From Spirochaetota bacterium (GTDB lineage Bacteria; Spirochaetota; UBA12135; COTS27; CAXSBA01), in the NCBI GenBank assembly GCA_965277105.1, contig OZ255710.1, positions 949,936 through 1,013,935 of the forward strand: a stretch of 64,000 nt of DNA. Reading direction: 5' to 3'. Position numbers and translations under genes: made by a program. The notes beneath the pieces are model-generated. The model made no database searches and was not told the DNA's origin. It saw only the letters and a program-made list of their open reading frames with translations. Below are positions 33,699 to 43,909 of the stretch, in pieces (positions within the stretch are counted from its first letter, which is position 1; each line of letters opens with the position of its first letter).

Positions 33699-35183
33699 TT
33701 ACTTTTTGAGTCGGTGATAAGTCTGCTCCAAAGCCTTGACTAAAGCGGAGGCCTTAGTGTAGCATTCATTAAACTCTTTGGTGGGATTAGAATCTACCAC
33801 AATTCCCGCTCCAGCTTGAATGGTAGCATGATCTTCTCTAAACAAAATACTTCGAATAGTAATGCAAGAGTTAAGGTTGCCGTTAAGCGATAAAGTAAAA
33901 ACCGTCCCTCCGTAAAAGTTTCTTCTTTTTTTCTCTAGTTCGTGAATTATTTCCATAGCCCGAACCTTAGGCGCCCCACTAAGGGTGCCTGCGGGGAAAG
34001 TTGCTTGTAGGACATCCCAGCAGCTGGCTTTTTTTTCTTTAAAAGACTTAATGGTCGAGACAATATGCTGCACCTGAGAATATTGATCCACCTGCATATA
34101 ATCGACCACCTTAACGCTCCCGGTTAGAGAAACTTTACTTAAATCATTACGCCCTAAGTCGACCAACATAATATGCTCAGCTATTTCTTTTTCATCAGCT
34201 AAAAGCTCTTCTTTTAATTTTAAATCTTCTGAGGTAGTAGCCCCCCTTTTTCTAGTCCCCGCTAAAGGACGTAAAAGCATCTCGTCTTTTTCAACCTTAA
34301 CCATTACCTCTGGCGAAGAACCAATGAGGGTAAAATCAGAAAATTGGAGAAAAAATAAATAAGGTGAAGGGTTTAAGGTTTTTAAGGTGCGATAAACTTC
34401 TAAAGGAGTTAAAGTTGTTTTAATGCTAAAACGGTCAGCTAAAACTACTTGAATCAACTCTCCTTTTTTTATTTGTTTAATGGCAGCTTGAACTTTTTCC
34501 TCGTAATCTTTTTGAGAAAAAAATTGAAAGTTTTTTTGATTTAGCTCTTGAGCATTAACTAGCGGAGGAGTATAAGATAATTGCTGATCAATAGCGGCAC
34601 TAATTTTTTTAAGTTTCTGAGTGATGGCTTGATAATCTTTTTCGCTACCTTCTTCTCGACAACTAGCTAAATAGCTAATGGTAGCCGTTTTTTTAACGTT
34701 ATCATAGGCAATAATAATTTCCGGCATGATTAAAATAGCATCGGGAATATCACTTTTGGTCCAAGGATAAACTGGTACTTTGGGTTCAAAAAAATTCACC
34801 ATCTCATAACCCAAGTAACCTAAATAACCACCGGTAAAGGAAGGAAGCCCGGGTAATTCTTTAATATTTTGAGGAACAATTTTTTCTTTTAAATAATCTA
34901 TTGGATTAGCATAATGAGTGATTTTTTCTTTAGTTTTTTTGTGATAATCAGTTACTTCAATTAAGGTATTTTTAATTTGAATTTCTTTTCTTTTTTCTAA
35001 CCCAATGTACGAATAGCGCCCTAAGCTATCTTCTTTTTCTACCGACTCTAATAAAAAATTTCCTTTTAATTTAATGAAAATAGAAATGACAGTTTCTAAA
35101 TCAACACTTCTACTTAAAACAACTGGCACATAATCGTAGAGTGAAGCTTCTTTTTTATAATCTTGATAATTTGGCGAAATCAA
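33699..35183 (-). CDS. trpE: Anthranilate synthase component I
   Basis: Chorismate-binding family C-terminal motifs (GAGIVVDS...); position in trpEGD array. Confidence 0.85.
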   Translation of the reverse strand: MISPNYQDYKKEASLYDYVPVVLSRSVDLETVISIFIKLKGNFLLESVEKEDSLGRYSYIGLEKRKEIQIKNTLIEVTDYHKKTKEKITHYANPIDYLKEKIVPQNIKELPGLPSFTGGYLGYLGYEMVNFFEPKVPVYPWTKSDIPDAILIMPEIIIAYDNVKKTATISYLASCREEGSEKDYQAITQKLKKISAAIDQQLSYTPPLVNAQELNQKNFQFFSQKDYEEKVQAAIKQIKKGELIQVVLADRFSIKTTLTPLEVYRTLKTLNPSPYLFFLQFSDFTLIGSSPEVMVKVEKDEMLLRPLAGTRKRGATTSEDLKLKEELLADEKEIAEHIMLVDLGRNDLSKVSLTGSVKVVDYMQVDQYSQVQHIVSTIKSFKEKKASCWDVLQATFPAGTLSGAPKVRAMEIIHELEKKRRNFYGGTVFTLSLNGNLNSCITIRSILFREDHATIQAGAGIVVDSNPTKEFNECYTKASALVKALEQTYHRLKK

Positions 35184-35515
35184 TTTTCTTGTTCGTGATT
35201 TTTAATTTTATTTAATATTTTGCTAAGCCTTTTATTAAACATAGCTTGTTCAAGATTTTTTTGATTAACAAAGTTAAAATTAGAGTTCGGGCTGTTTAAT
35301 ATTTCATCAGCTAGAGTAAGGCAAGTAAGCAGTAGTAAGTTCTTAAAATCTCCTATCGGCGCATGCATTTTTATTTTTCCCATAGTTTTGTCGATGTAAG
35401 CAGCTAGTTGGAAATAATAATTTTCTTCTTCATCGGATTTTACTTTCAGCAAATAATCTTTATCGGCAATTTTTATTTTAATAACTTTGACGTTATCATC
35501 CGATTTTTCTTTCAT
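35180..35515 (-). CDS. zapA: Cell division protein ZapA
   Basis: 111-aa protein with ZapA-like N-terminal beta region (VKVIKIKIADKDYLLKV) and coiled-coil tail. Stop overlaps trpE start by 4 nt. Confidence 0.6.
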   Translation of the reverse strand: MKEKSDDNVKVIKIKIADKDYLLKVKSDEEENYYFQLAAYIDKTMGKIKMHAPIGDFKNLLLLTCLTLADEILNSPNSNFNFVNQKNLEQAMFNKRLSKILNKIKNHEQEN

Positions 35516-35520
35516 TTTTT

Positions 35521-36021
35521 TTACTGATTTTTGGAAAACTCATCGTCGCTTAGCATAGTATCTTCAGCTGCAAAAGGGTTTTTTTCACTATCCAAAATAT
35601 TATAGTCGTCTTGATTTTTAGAGCTATCTTTGTCAAAAAAATTAGCATGTTTTTCGTCATCCCATTTTTTCTCAGAAGAAGAAAGACTTGCTTCTTTATT
35701 ATCAAATTGCTTTTCTTCTAAGAAGGGATTTTCCGCTTTTTTTTCTAAAGCCGGCTCAGGGGAAGGGGGTTCCGTTTTTTTAACGCCTTCGGTTAAAGAT
35801 TTCAGTTTATTGAGTTTATCGCGATAAATTATTTCGTTTTTTTGAAACTCAGATTTTTCTTTTTCTAGTTTTGCTATTTTTTCTTTTAATGATTGAATTT
35901 CTTCGGAAGGAGAATTAGCTTTTAACTCTGCTAATTCTTTTTTTAGAGAAGAATTTTCTTCTACTATTACCTCTAAGCTTATTTCAATCTCACTCAATAA
36001 TTGTTCATTTGTTTTTTCCAT
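35521..36021 (-). CDS. Coiled-coil protein with acidic tail (possible ZapB-like partner of ZapA)
   Basis: Heptad-rich N-terminal half, Glu/Asp-rich C-terminus, immediately upstream of zapA. Confidence 0.4.
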   Translation of the reverse strand: MEKTNEQLLSEIEISLEVIVEENSSLKKELAELKANSPSEEIQSLKEKIAKLEKEKSEFQKNEIIYRDKLNKLKSLTEGVKKTEPPSPEPALEKKAENPFLEEKQFDNKEASLSSSEKKWDDEKHANFFDKDSSKNQDDYNILDSEKNPFAAEDTMLSDDEFSKNQ

Positions 36022-36035
36022 CAGTAATCCTTTTT

Positions 36036-38423
36036 TTAGCGAAGTTCAAAATCATATTTTTTGCTTATCCCCTTAACTATTTTTTTCACCTGATTATCCG
36101 CTTCCTCTCGCGACAAAGTTTTTTTCAAAGAAGAAAACTCTAGATGAAAAACAATCGACTTTTTGTTAGCAGATAAACCTTTTCCCTGATAAATGTCTTG
36201 GAGATCAACTCGAGTTAATAAGCTAGAATTTCTTTTTATTTCTTCGATAAGCTCCCCTATCACTTTATCTTTATCAATCACAATAGCCAAATCCCTAAAA
36301 ACCGAAGGGTACTTTGAAGTAGTTTGATAAGTAGTGGGAGCTACTTTTAGCTGGTTAAGTTTAGTTAAAGAAATTTCGACATAATAAATATTTTTGTTTT
36401 TAAGGGCAAAGTAATCTAATAGATTATTTTTGATTAATCCTAAAAAACCAATCTCTTCACCATTAACCAAAATACTAGCACTACCGTCACTTGCAAAATA
36501 ATTATTTTCATTTTCTTTTAAAGAAAAATTTTTAATCGAAAGGTGCTTAAAGGCTTCTTGTAAATCGCCTTTTAAATCATAAAAGTCATAAGGGTGATTG
36601 GCCTGATTAGCATGCCAAGAGCGAATCTCTTTTTCTCCCCAGCCGGCAAAAGCTATTTTTTCTTCTTCATAGTGCTTCTCGTCTCGCTTGCCGAAAACTC
36701 TTCCTATTTCAAAAATTTTATTCAAATCTTTTTGGTTTTTTTCACTATTGAGTTTAACCGTCTTCAAAAAACCAAATAACAAATTTTTTCTTAACAAAGA
36801 AATATTTACCAGTAGCGGGTTTTGGGGGATTACCCATTCATCTAAGTTGTCGTTAATTTTATCAATGAAATTATTTTCAATAAATGGATAAGTCATTACC
36901 TCGTGATAGCCCAAACCCTGCAGTAAAGGACGAACTTTTTCTTCCAAACTAACTTCCAAAAAATAGTTGGCATTGCGAATAGCTGGCAGGGTATTAGGGA
37001 ATTTTTCATAACCATAAATCCTCGCTACTTCTTCGATCAAGTCCCAAGAATAATTAATGTCTTTTCTAAATGGGGGGATGCTTACCTCTATTTTTTCATT
37101 GTCTAAAAAAATAGTTTTAATTTGTAGCCGAGCCAAAAGCGCACTGATTTCTTTTAAAGAAAATCCTAGCCTTAAAACTCGCTCAATGTCTTTTAAAAAA
37201 AGGGTAATTTTTTTCTCTTCTATAACTAAGGTATTTGCTTCGGTAATATCCCCTATTTCTCCACCTGTTAATTCTTTGAAATAATCCAAAGCTAACTTAA
37301 GATTAGTAGAAGTTCTACTCCCATCGACATCGCGAGAAAAGGTGTAAGCAGCATCACTATTAATAGCTAATTTTTTAGCGGTTTTTCTAATCCGCTGAGG
37401 ATGAAAATAAGCAGCTTCCAAAACAATGTCTTTGGTTGTAGAAGATACTTCCGAGTTATTTCCTCCAATGACCCCGGCTAAGCCAATCACTTTTTCTTCA
37501 TCGGCAATGACTAAATCGCTTCCCGTTAGTTGGTAGGTTTTATTTTCTAAACTAGTGAACTCTTCTTTTTCTCTAGCGTCGCGAACAATAATTTTTTTAC
37601 GTATTTTATCATAATCAAAAGCATGCATAGGCTGAGCATATTCGACTAGCATAAGATTGGTAATATCCACCACGTTATTGATGCTTCTAATTTCATGCTT
37701 AAAAAGTTTTTCCTGCAGCCAAGCCGGAGATTCTTTAATGGCCACGTTTTTTATCACCACCCCGAAATAAAGCGGGCAGCCTTTGTCATTTTCAATATCT
37801 ATACTTATAGAATAGTTTTTCTCTCCGGCGTATTCTTTTACTTTTTTTTCTTTTAAACTTTTTTCTAAATAAGCAGAAACCTCTCGAGCAACTCCCCAGA
37901 CGCTAAGGCAATCACTACGGTTAGACGTTAAATCAATGTCGAGGATGAAATCTTTTTCACTAAGGATTTTTTCAGTTTTGTCTTGAATGGTTAAGTTGGA
38001 AGGCAAAACCCAAATGCCCTCACTTTTTTCTTCTAAACCCAACTCCGCTTTACTACAAATCATCCCACAAGATTCTTCCCCACGAATTTTAGATTTTTTT
38101 ATTTTCCAATTGTCAGACAAGAGCGTACCAGGCGTCGCTAAAATTACTTTATCCCCTTCCCCAAAATTCGTAGCCCCGCAAACAACCGGAACTTCTTTTT
38201 CTACTTTTTCTTCTAAATACTTTACTTTGGTTAAAGATAAACGATCAGCGTTAGGGTGCTTTTTTTTTTCGCTAATTTCACCAATTACTAAACCTTCTCT
38301 ATAGGGACTAAACTCTTTAATCGCCGCGACTTCCAACCCACGCAAGGTTAATAAGTCTTTTAATTCTTCTAATGGAATATCAATATCCACGTATTCTCGT
38401 AATTCATTTAAAGAAACTAACAT
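36036..38423 (-). CDS. pheT: Phenylalanine--tRNA ligase beta subunit
   Basis: 795-aa, tRNA-binding, B3/B4, B5 and FDX-ACB domain order. Confidence 0.9.
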   Translation of the reverse strand: MLVSLNELREYVDIDIPLEELKDLLTLRGLEVAAIKEFSPYREGLVIGEISEKKKHPNADRLSLTKVKYLEEKVEKEVPVVCGATNFGEGDKVILATPGTLLSDNWKIKKSKIRGEESCGMICSKAELGLEEKSEGIWVLPSNLTIQDKTEKILSEKDFILDIDLTSNRSDCLSVWGVAREVSAYLEKSLKEKKVKEYAGEKNYSISIDIENDKGCPLYFGVVIKNVAIKESPAWLQEKLFKHEIRSINNVVDITNLMLVEYAQPMHAFDYDKIRKKIIVRDAREKEEFTSLENKTYQLTGSDLVIADEEKVIGLAGVIGGNNSEVSSTTKDIVLEAAYFHPQRIRKTAKKLAINSDAAYTFSRDVDGSRTSTNLKLALDYFKELTGGEIGDITEANTLVIEEKKITLFLKDIERVLRLGFSLKEISALLARLQIKTIFLDNEKIEVSIPPFRKDINYSWDLIEEVARIYGYEKFPNTLPAIRNANYFLEVSLEEKVRPLLQGLGYHEVMTYPFIENNFIDKINDNLDEWVIPQNPLLVNISLLRKNLLFGFLKTVKLNSEKNQKDLNKIFEIGRVFGKRDEKHYEEEKIAFAGWGEKEIRSWHANQANHPYDFYDLKGDLQEAFKHLSIKNFSLKENENNYFASDGSASILVNGEEIGFLGLIKNNLLDYFALKNKNIYYVEISLTKLNQLKVAPTTYQTTSKYPSVFRDLAIVIDKDKVIGELIEEIKRNSSLLTRVDLQDIYQGKGLSANKKSIVFHLEFSSLKKTLSREEADNQVKKIVKGISKKYDFELR

Positions 38424-38508
38424 AATATAATAATTTTTTTTTACTCTTTTTATTCTTTAATTGTTTTATTTATTTTTATTTATTAAAGGCTAATGGAATT
38501 CTTTTTAA

Positions 38509-39492
38509 TTAAAACTGCCTTAAAAAAGCAAAATCATTTTCGTAAAACATCCGGATATCTTTAATGCCATATCGAAGCATTGCTATTCGCTCCACCCCTA
38601 AACCAAAAGCAAAACCATTATAAACTTTATCGTCAATATGACAATTGCGGAGTACTAAGGGATTGACCATCCCCGCCCCTAAAATCTCTAACCAACCGTC
38701 TTCTTTTTCTAGGTACTGGATAGAAATTTCGCAGGAAGGCTCAGTAAATGGGAAGTAGTCAGTGCGAAAACGAATTTTTAAATCGTCTCCAAAAAATCGC
38801 TTGCAAAATAAAGTCAATATTCCTTTTAAGTCGGAGAAGGTCATATTCTTATCGACCAAAAGCCCCTCTATTTGATGGAAGCAAAAAGAGTGGGTAGCAT
38901 CTAGGGTATCCCTTCGAAAAACTCTTCCCGGAGAAACAATAGCTAGCGGGGGAGGGCTCTTTTCCATTACTCGGATTTGCACTGGAGAAGTTTGAGTTCT
39001 CAGTAGTTTATTTTCCCCTAGATAAAAAGAATCTTGATCATCGCGAGCAGGATGGCCTTCAGAGATATTTAGTGCCTCAAAGTTATAATAATCGGTTTCA
39101 ATCTCATTTCCTCTAACTGTAACAAATCCCATTTGATTAAAAAACTTTAAAATTTCATTGCGAGTTTTGGTTAAAGGATGAGTGTGCCCAATTTGATTTT
39201 TTTTCCCGGCTAAGTAAATGTCCGTTTTCTCGGTAGGGGAAGTAGTTTTTTCTTTTAGCTCGTTGATTTTTTCTTGAATGATTTTTTCGCTTTTGCTTTT
39301 TACCTCATTGACTACCTTACCAATTTCCCTACGCTTCTCTTCGGTTAGTTCTCCAACGGATTTTAAAAACTTAGTAATTTCTCCTTTCCGCCCTAGGTAT
39401 TTTATCCGGAGCTCTTCGATTTTTTCCGAGCTAATGTTTTCTTGAATTTTAGCTTTCAGTTCATTAAAAGTTTTTTCAATTTCTTTTTTCAT
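38509..39492 (-). CDS. pheS: Phenylalanine--tRNA ligase alpha subunit
   Basis: Class II core motifs (FRxE-like, GLGVERIAML). Confidence 0.9.
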   Translation of the reverse strand: MKKEIEKTFNELKAKIQENISSEKIEELRIKYLGRKGEITKFLKSVGELTEEKRREIGKVVNEVKSKSEKIIQEKINELKEKTTSPTEKTDIYLAGKKNQIGHTHPLTKTRNEILKFFNQMGFVTVRGNEIETDYYNFEALNISEGHPARDDQDSFYLGENKLLRTQTSPVQIRVMEKSPPPLAIVSPGRVFRRDTLDATHSFCFHQIEGLLVDKNMTFSDLKGILTLFCKRFFGDDLKIRFRTDYFPFTEPSCEISIQYLEKEDGWLEILGAGMVNPLVLRNCHIDDKVYNGFAFGLGVERIAMLRYGIKDIRMFYENDFAFLRQF

Positions 39493-39580
39493 AAAATATT
39501 TTTTAAGTTGCTATAATTTCAACCTTAATATATTATAATATATCAAAACAAAAATCGAAAAGAAAAAACTAGGGGAAACA

Positions 39581-39979
39581 ATGAAAAGAAAGCACCAAGA
39601 ACGAGAAAATCTCGATATTAATTTATCCCCTCTTTTGGATATGGTCTTTATTCTCCTAATTTTTTTTATTGTAACCACCACCTTCACTAGAGAAACCGGA
39701 GTAGATGTAAAAAAGCCTTCTGCTAAAACCGCTGAAAGTTTTAAGGAAAAAATCATTAAAGTGGCGATTACTCGAGAAGGCACTATTCACGTTTTTGAAA
39801 AACAAGTAAGTGGGAAGGAGTTAGAAACCATTTTAAAAAGAGAAAAAGCCCGCTCACCCCAAATGAAATTATTAATCTTAGCAGACAGTCAATCAGTCAA
39901 TGAGCGACTAGTTGAAGTGATTGATAAGGCCAACTTAGCTGGGATAACGGAAACTTCCATAGCTGCTTTAAACAATTAA
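39581..39979 (+). CDS. exbD: ExbD/TolR biopolymer transport protein
   Basis: INLSPLLDMVFILLIFFIV TM helix and periplasmic domain. Confidence 0.85.
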   Translation: MKRKHQERENLDINLSPLLDMVFILLIFFIVTTTFTRETGVDVKKPSAKTAESFKEKIIKVAITREGTIHVFEKQVSGKELETILKREKARSPQMKLLILADSQSVNERLVEVIDKANLAGITETSIAALNN

Positions 39980-39999
39980 AAATAAATTAGTCTTTTTAG

Positions 40000-40587
40000 A
40001 TGAATTATAAATATAAAATAGTTCTACTAGCTTTTATAGTAAATGGGGTTATCTTTTTTTTGCTCCCCTATATAAAATATTTACAAGATAAAAAATTAGC
40101 AGAGCTGTTTAACACGCAAAACAATAACCCAATAGCACGAGAATTTAAAGTAACTCCACCAGAAGACAAAAAAAAAAAATTAAAAATTAAAAAAAACCAA
40201 TCGTCTCAAAAAAAAAAAGTTAGCAATGAAAGATTTCAGCTGAACTTAGGGGTTAATCAAGGGACGGGAATTGGAATTGCCAGTGATAACGATAAAAATA
40301 TCATTTACCAAGAAGGTGACGTGGACAGCTTGCCTGAGAAAATTAGTGGGAACGACCCACGAGTTCCTGATTTTTTTCTGCAATCTTCTTTACCCGGCAG
40401 AGTAGAAGCACTGGTGGTTATTGACGAAAAAGGCAAGGTCGTAAAAGTTAGCACATTAAAAGAAGAACCCCCCGACTACCAACTTAAAAATAGTGTTGCT
40501 AATGCTGTTTGGGGCTGGCGCTTTAAACCAGCTACTTTAAAAAATATTCCCGTGAAGATTCAAGTGATTATCCCTTTTGTCTTTTAA
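40000..40587 (+). CDS. tonB: TonB-family energy transducer (contains A12, A8 and A11 homopolymers in Lys-rich linker)
   Basis: N-terminal TM anchor, Lys-rich linker, C-terminal TonB domain ... IPVKIQVIIPFVF. Confidence 0.8.
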   Translation: MNYKYKIVLLAFIVNGVIFFLLPYIKYLQDKKLAELFNTQNNNPIAREFKVTPPEDKKKKLKIKKNQSSQKKKVSNERFQLNLGVNQGTGIGIASDNDKNIIYQEGDVDSLPEKISGNDPRVPDFFLQSSLPGRVEALVVIDEKGKVVKVSTLKEEPPDYQLKNSVANAVWGWRFKPATLKNIPVKIQVIIPFVF

Positions 40588-40604
40588 ATTATCTGTTAAA
40601 AAAA

Positions 40605-41630
40605 ATGTTTAAAAAAACTAGCATTCTATTTACTTTTTTTCTAGGAGCATTTTTTCTTTCAGCAAATGTTTTCTTAGAAAAGGCTTTCGCCGAACATGAA
40701 AAAAGAGAGTTCGCTTCCGCGGAAAAAAATTACCAAAAAGCTATTGCCGAAGGGGCTAATGAAACCATCGTTCGCTATAACCTAGCCAATTTATATTATC
40801 AAACCGATCGACTTGCTCTAGCAATCGCCAATTACCAAAACGTGATTACCCGAGCCCCTGAGTTTAAAAATGCTTACCATAACTTAGGAAAAATATTTTT
40901 TAATAGCGAAGAATACGTCCTAGCTTTGGAAACTTTTATGGGCTACTTTAAGGTCAATGCCACTGATTGGGATACCTTGGTTTTAATTGGAGATACTTTT
41001 AAAAAGCTTAATATTTTTTCCAAGGCCTATACTTTTTATGAGAAAGCCCTTACTCTAGAAAAAGAAAATGAAAATTCGTATATTATATTAGCTGAATTTT
41101 ATTTGGACTTGTTGGACAAAAAAAAAGCGTATTATTATTTAGATTTAGCCATAGAAAATCAAGTGAATACTCTGGCTATTAACGAACTTAAAGCCAACCT
41201 CTTAGAAGAAGATCAAGAGTACTTTAGAGCCATTTACCTTTATCAAAACCTCCTGCAGTCAAGAAAAAATTTAAGTGAAGACGAAACCTACCGACTAGAA
41301 GCAAAGATAATAGAAAACTTTTTAAAAGCAGGAACCACCCAACTAGCCATTAACAACTTGCAAAACATCATTAAAAAATATGGCAAAAAAAGCGATATGT
41401 TTCGCCTAGAAGACGTTTATCAAAAGCAAAAAAAAACCAAAGAAGCTTTTACTTTTTTTAGTAGTATTTATGAAAAAAACAAAACCAAGGTTTATCCTAT
41501 CGTAAAAAATTTACTTATTTTAGCCTATAATAATGAAGAAAAAGAACTGATTAATGATATAATTTCTTTCTATAAGCAAAACCAAATAAAAGACGAAATA
41601 CTTACTCTCATTGAAAATGAAACAACTTAA
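40605..41630 (+). CDS. TPR-repeat protein (TtpD-like accessory protein of TonB2-type systems)
   Basis: Signal peptide plus multiple TPR-like helical repeats; gene context. Confidence 0.65.
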   Translation: MFKKTSILFTFFLGAFFLSANVFLEKAFAEHEKREFASAEKNYQKAIAEGANETIVRYNLANLYYQTDRLALAIANYQNVITRAPEFKNAYHNLGKIFFNSEEYVLALETFMGYFKVNATDWDTLVLIGDTFKKLNIFSKAYTFYEKALTLEKENENSYIILAEFYLDLLDKKKAYYYLDLAIENQVNTLAINELKANLLEEDQEYFRAIYLYQNLLQSRKNLSEDETYRLEAKIIENFLKAGTTQLAINNLQNIIKKYGKKSDMFRLEDVYQKQKKTKEAFTFFSSIYEKNKTKVYPIVKNLLILAYNNEEKELINDIISFYKQNQIKDEILTLIENETT

Positions 41631-42438
41631 CCTAAAAAATCAGCAAGCTTCAACTAGCAAAAAGTTGCTCCCATTCATCACTTTCTTTTTAACTATATTA
41701 TTAGCTATAAGTTTTCTTTTGGCTCAAGAAAAAATTGATGGAGAAAAACTCCAAGAAGAGATTACTCAAGTAGAAAAAGATTTAGAAGAAGAAGAAAAAT
41801 ATTTTAAAGAATTTGAAAAACAACAAAGAGCCTTTATTCAAGAAAAAAAACTAGAGTTAGCTGCGGTTAGGGAAGAGATTAAACAAAGAACGAAAGAATT
41901 AGCGGAAGTTAACCAAGAAATATTTACCTTAGAAACCCAGATTGCCGAAATTGATTCTTTTAATAGCACGATTAAAACCTACCTCCTTGCTTTTACTAAG
42001 GAGCTAAAACAAAGTATTTTAACTGGCATTCCCTTTGAAAAAGAAAAAAGGGTAGCCACTATCAATACCCTAATAAATGACCTAGAAAACAATCTCACTT
42101 CTGCAGTAGAAGCTCTCACTCGTATCAGTAATTTTTTAGATGCCGAAGAAGCACTAGGCTATGATAGCCAAAACATTAAAGTAATTGAAAAAATCAACGG
42201 CGTCGCTAAGGAAGTAGAGCTCATTAGAATTGGGCGAGTGTTTTTTGCCCTCATTGATGGAGACAATATTTTCCTTTTCGAGAAAAACAATAATAACGAG
42301 TATCAAATCACAACCGATAAAAAGCCCTCTTTTAATCAAATACGAACCCTGCAAAATATATCCGATATGCTCCAAGGGCGTAAGGCTCCCGAAATTTCTG
42401 AGATTCTTTTAAATCTAAAATTACTTAAAAAAAATTAA
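41611..42438 (+). CDS. Coiled-coil DUF3450-like protein (TtpB-like)
   Basis: N-terminal TM/signal, long coiled coil; sits before the TtpC-like gene. Confidence 0.55.
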   Translation: MKMKQLNLKNQQASTSKKLLPFITFFLTILLAISFLLAQEKIDGEKLQEEITQVEKDLEEEEKYFKEFEKQQRAFIQEKKLELAAVREEIKQRTKELAEVNQEIFTLETQIAEIDSFNSTIKTYLLAFTKELKQSILTGIPFEKEKRVATINTLINDLENNLTSAVEALTRISNFLDAEEALGYDSQNIKVIEKINGVAKEVELIRIGRVFFALIDGDNIFLFEKNNNNEYQITTDKKPSFNQIRTLQNISDMLQGRKAPEISEILLNLKLLKKN

Positions 42439-42439
42439 T

Positions 42440-43894
42440 ATGAAAAAAGTTATTATCCTTGCTGTTGCCCTTTCTCTTAGCTTATCTTCTCAAAATCCTA
42501 ATGAGTTATTAGAACTAAAAAATCAACTTACTCTTAAGTTCTGGGAAGTGAAAGAAAAAAATCTTAAAAGTCAAGAGAGATTAAAAAATGAATTAACCCT
42601 TTTAGAGGAAAGCATTAAAAACGCTAACGAAAGAAGAAATAATTTAGTAGAAGAATTTTATCTTCTGCAAGAAAACTTAAGCACTATCCAAGAAAACTTA
42701 AGCCAAAAAGAAAACGAAAGAAATAGTCTGATTACCAGTTTAGACGAAATGGTTTTAGAAGAAAAAAATAAACTAAAAACCGCTTTCCCCATTATGATCG
42801 AACGGAATACGCCTAAGTTAAACGCCATTGAAAGGAATAACTACAACCCTTTAGAAAAAGCTCAAGCTATTTTAAGTTACAAAAATAATCTCATTCAAGA
42901 TAGCGAAACCCTAGAGCTTTATCAGCAAAACATAGAAAATCCTGAGAACAATGAGTTAAGCGAAGTGAATGTCTTACGAGTGGGTTTTATCGGGAGCCTT
43001 TTTTCCGATAATAATGACTTCGTTGGTTTTTTAATCCGGAAGACTGGGATCGGGGGAATCGGTTATGAATGGGAAACCAATATTCCCTATAACAAGAAAA
43101 ATGCAATTGCTACTTCGGTTACTTCTGCTATCAACAATTTAGGCAAAGACGAACTTAGCGAAATTGCTTTAGACCCAGTGCAGGCCGGAGAAAAACTCAA
43201 GTCATTTTTAAGTCAAAATAACCTAACCATTTTCCAATCTGCGCGTAACTTTATTGCCGCTGGGGGAATTATTATGTACCCTCTGCTGCTGTTAGGATTA
43301 GTTGCCTTTTTTATCATTATCGAAAGATTATTTTTTTATCGACGTTATAACTTCACTAAAAACAAGGAATTTTTTCGTTACCTAGACACCTTAAACTTCT
43401 CTTCTTTAAACGAAAGCAAAATAACTAGTTTTAATTTAACCAAGCAAAAACCTTTAACCAACTTTATCGAAAAGATTATTAGCATCAAAAAAAAAGATCC
43501 CGAAGAACTGGAAAGTGCGGCGGAAGAAAAAATTACTAGTTTAGAAAACACCCTCAATAGCAAAATAACTACCTTAGCTGTTTTAGGAACAATAGCCCCT
43601 CTACTAGGGTTACTTGGGACTGTATCAGGAATGATATCGCTTTTTGACGTGATTACTATTTACGGGACCAGTAATCCTAAGATTCTTGCTGGAGGAATAT
43701 CCATTGCCCTAATCACCACTCAAACCGGTTTATCACTAGCGATTCCCATCTTACTTTTTCATCATTATTTAGTGCGGAAGAAAACAAGGATTATTAACTT
43801 TCTAGAAGAAAAAACTATTGCCATTATCGAATTTAAAAAAAGCCAATTACGAGAAACAACTAGAGAAGAGACCACTACCGAAAAATTAAGTTAA
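42440..43894 (+). CDS. TtpC-like MotA/TolQ/ExbB-family protein with about 260-aa N-terminal periplasmic coiled-coil domain
   Basis: C-terminal TIAPLLGLLGTVSGMISLF proton-channel motif and 3 TM helices. Confidence 0.75.
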   Translation: MKKVIILAVALSLSLSSQNPNELLELKNQLTLKFWEVKEKNLKSQERLKNELTLLEESIKNANERRNNLVEEFYLLQENLSTIQENLSQKENERNSLITSLDEMVLEEKNKLKTAFPIMIERNTPKLNAIERNNYNPLEKAQAILSYKNNLIQDSETLELYQQNIENPENNELSEVNVLRVGFIGSLFSDNNDFVGFLIRKTGIGGIGYEWETNIPYNKKNAIATSVTSAINNLGKDELSEIALDPVQAGEKLKSFLSQNNLTIFQSARNFIAAGGIIMYPLLLLGLVAFFIIIERLFFYRRYNFTKNKEFFRYLDTLNFSSLNESKITSFNLTKQKPLTNFIEKIISIKKKDPEELESAAEEKITSLENTLNSKITTLAVLGTIAPLLGLLGTVSGMISLFDVITIYGTSNPKILAGGISIALITTQTGLSLAIPILLFHHYLVRKKTRIINFLEEKTIAIIEFKKSQLRETTREETTTEKLS

Positions 43895-43909
43895 ATCAAA
43901 ACAAACTAA

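Noticed and set aside
39511-39783. Minus-strand 90-aa ORF overlapping the exbD start
   Set aside because: It overlaps the well-supported exbD CDS and the pheS upstream region. It has low-complexity hydrophobic composition and no independent support.
40168-40218. Treating the A11/A12 tracts as proven phase-variation switches
   Set aside because: The genome contains many A/T homopolymers of 9 to 13 nt, including in essential genes. Without read-level length heterogeneity this remains speculative, so I kept it only as a low-weight observation inside the TonB finding.
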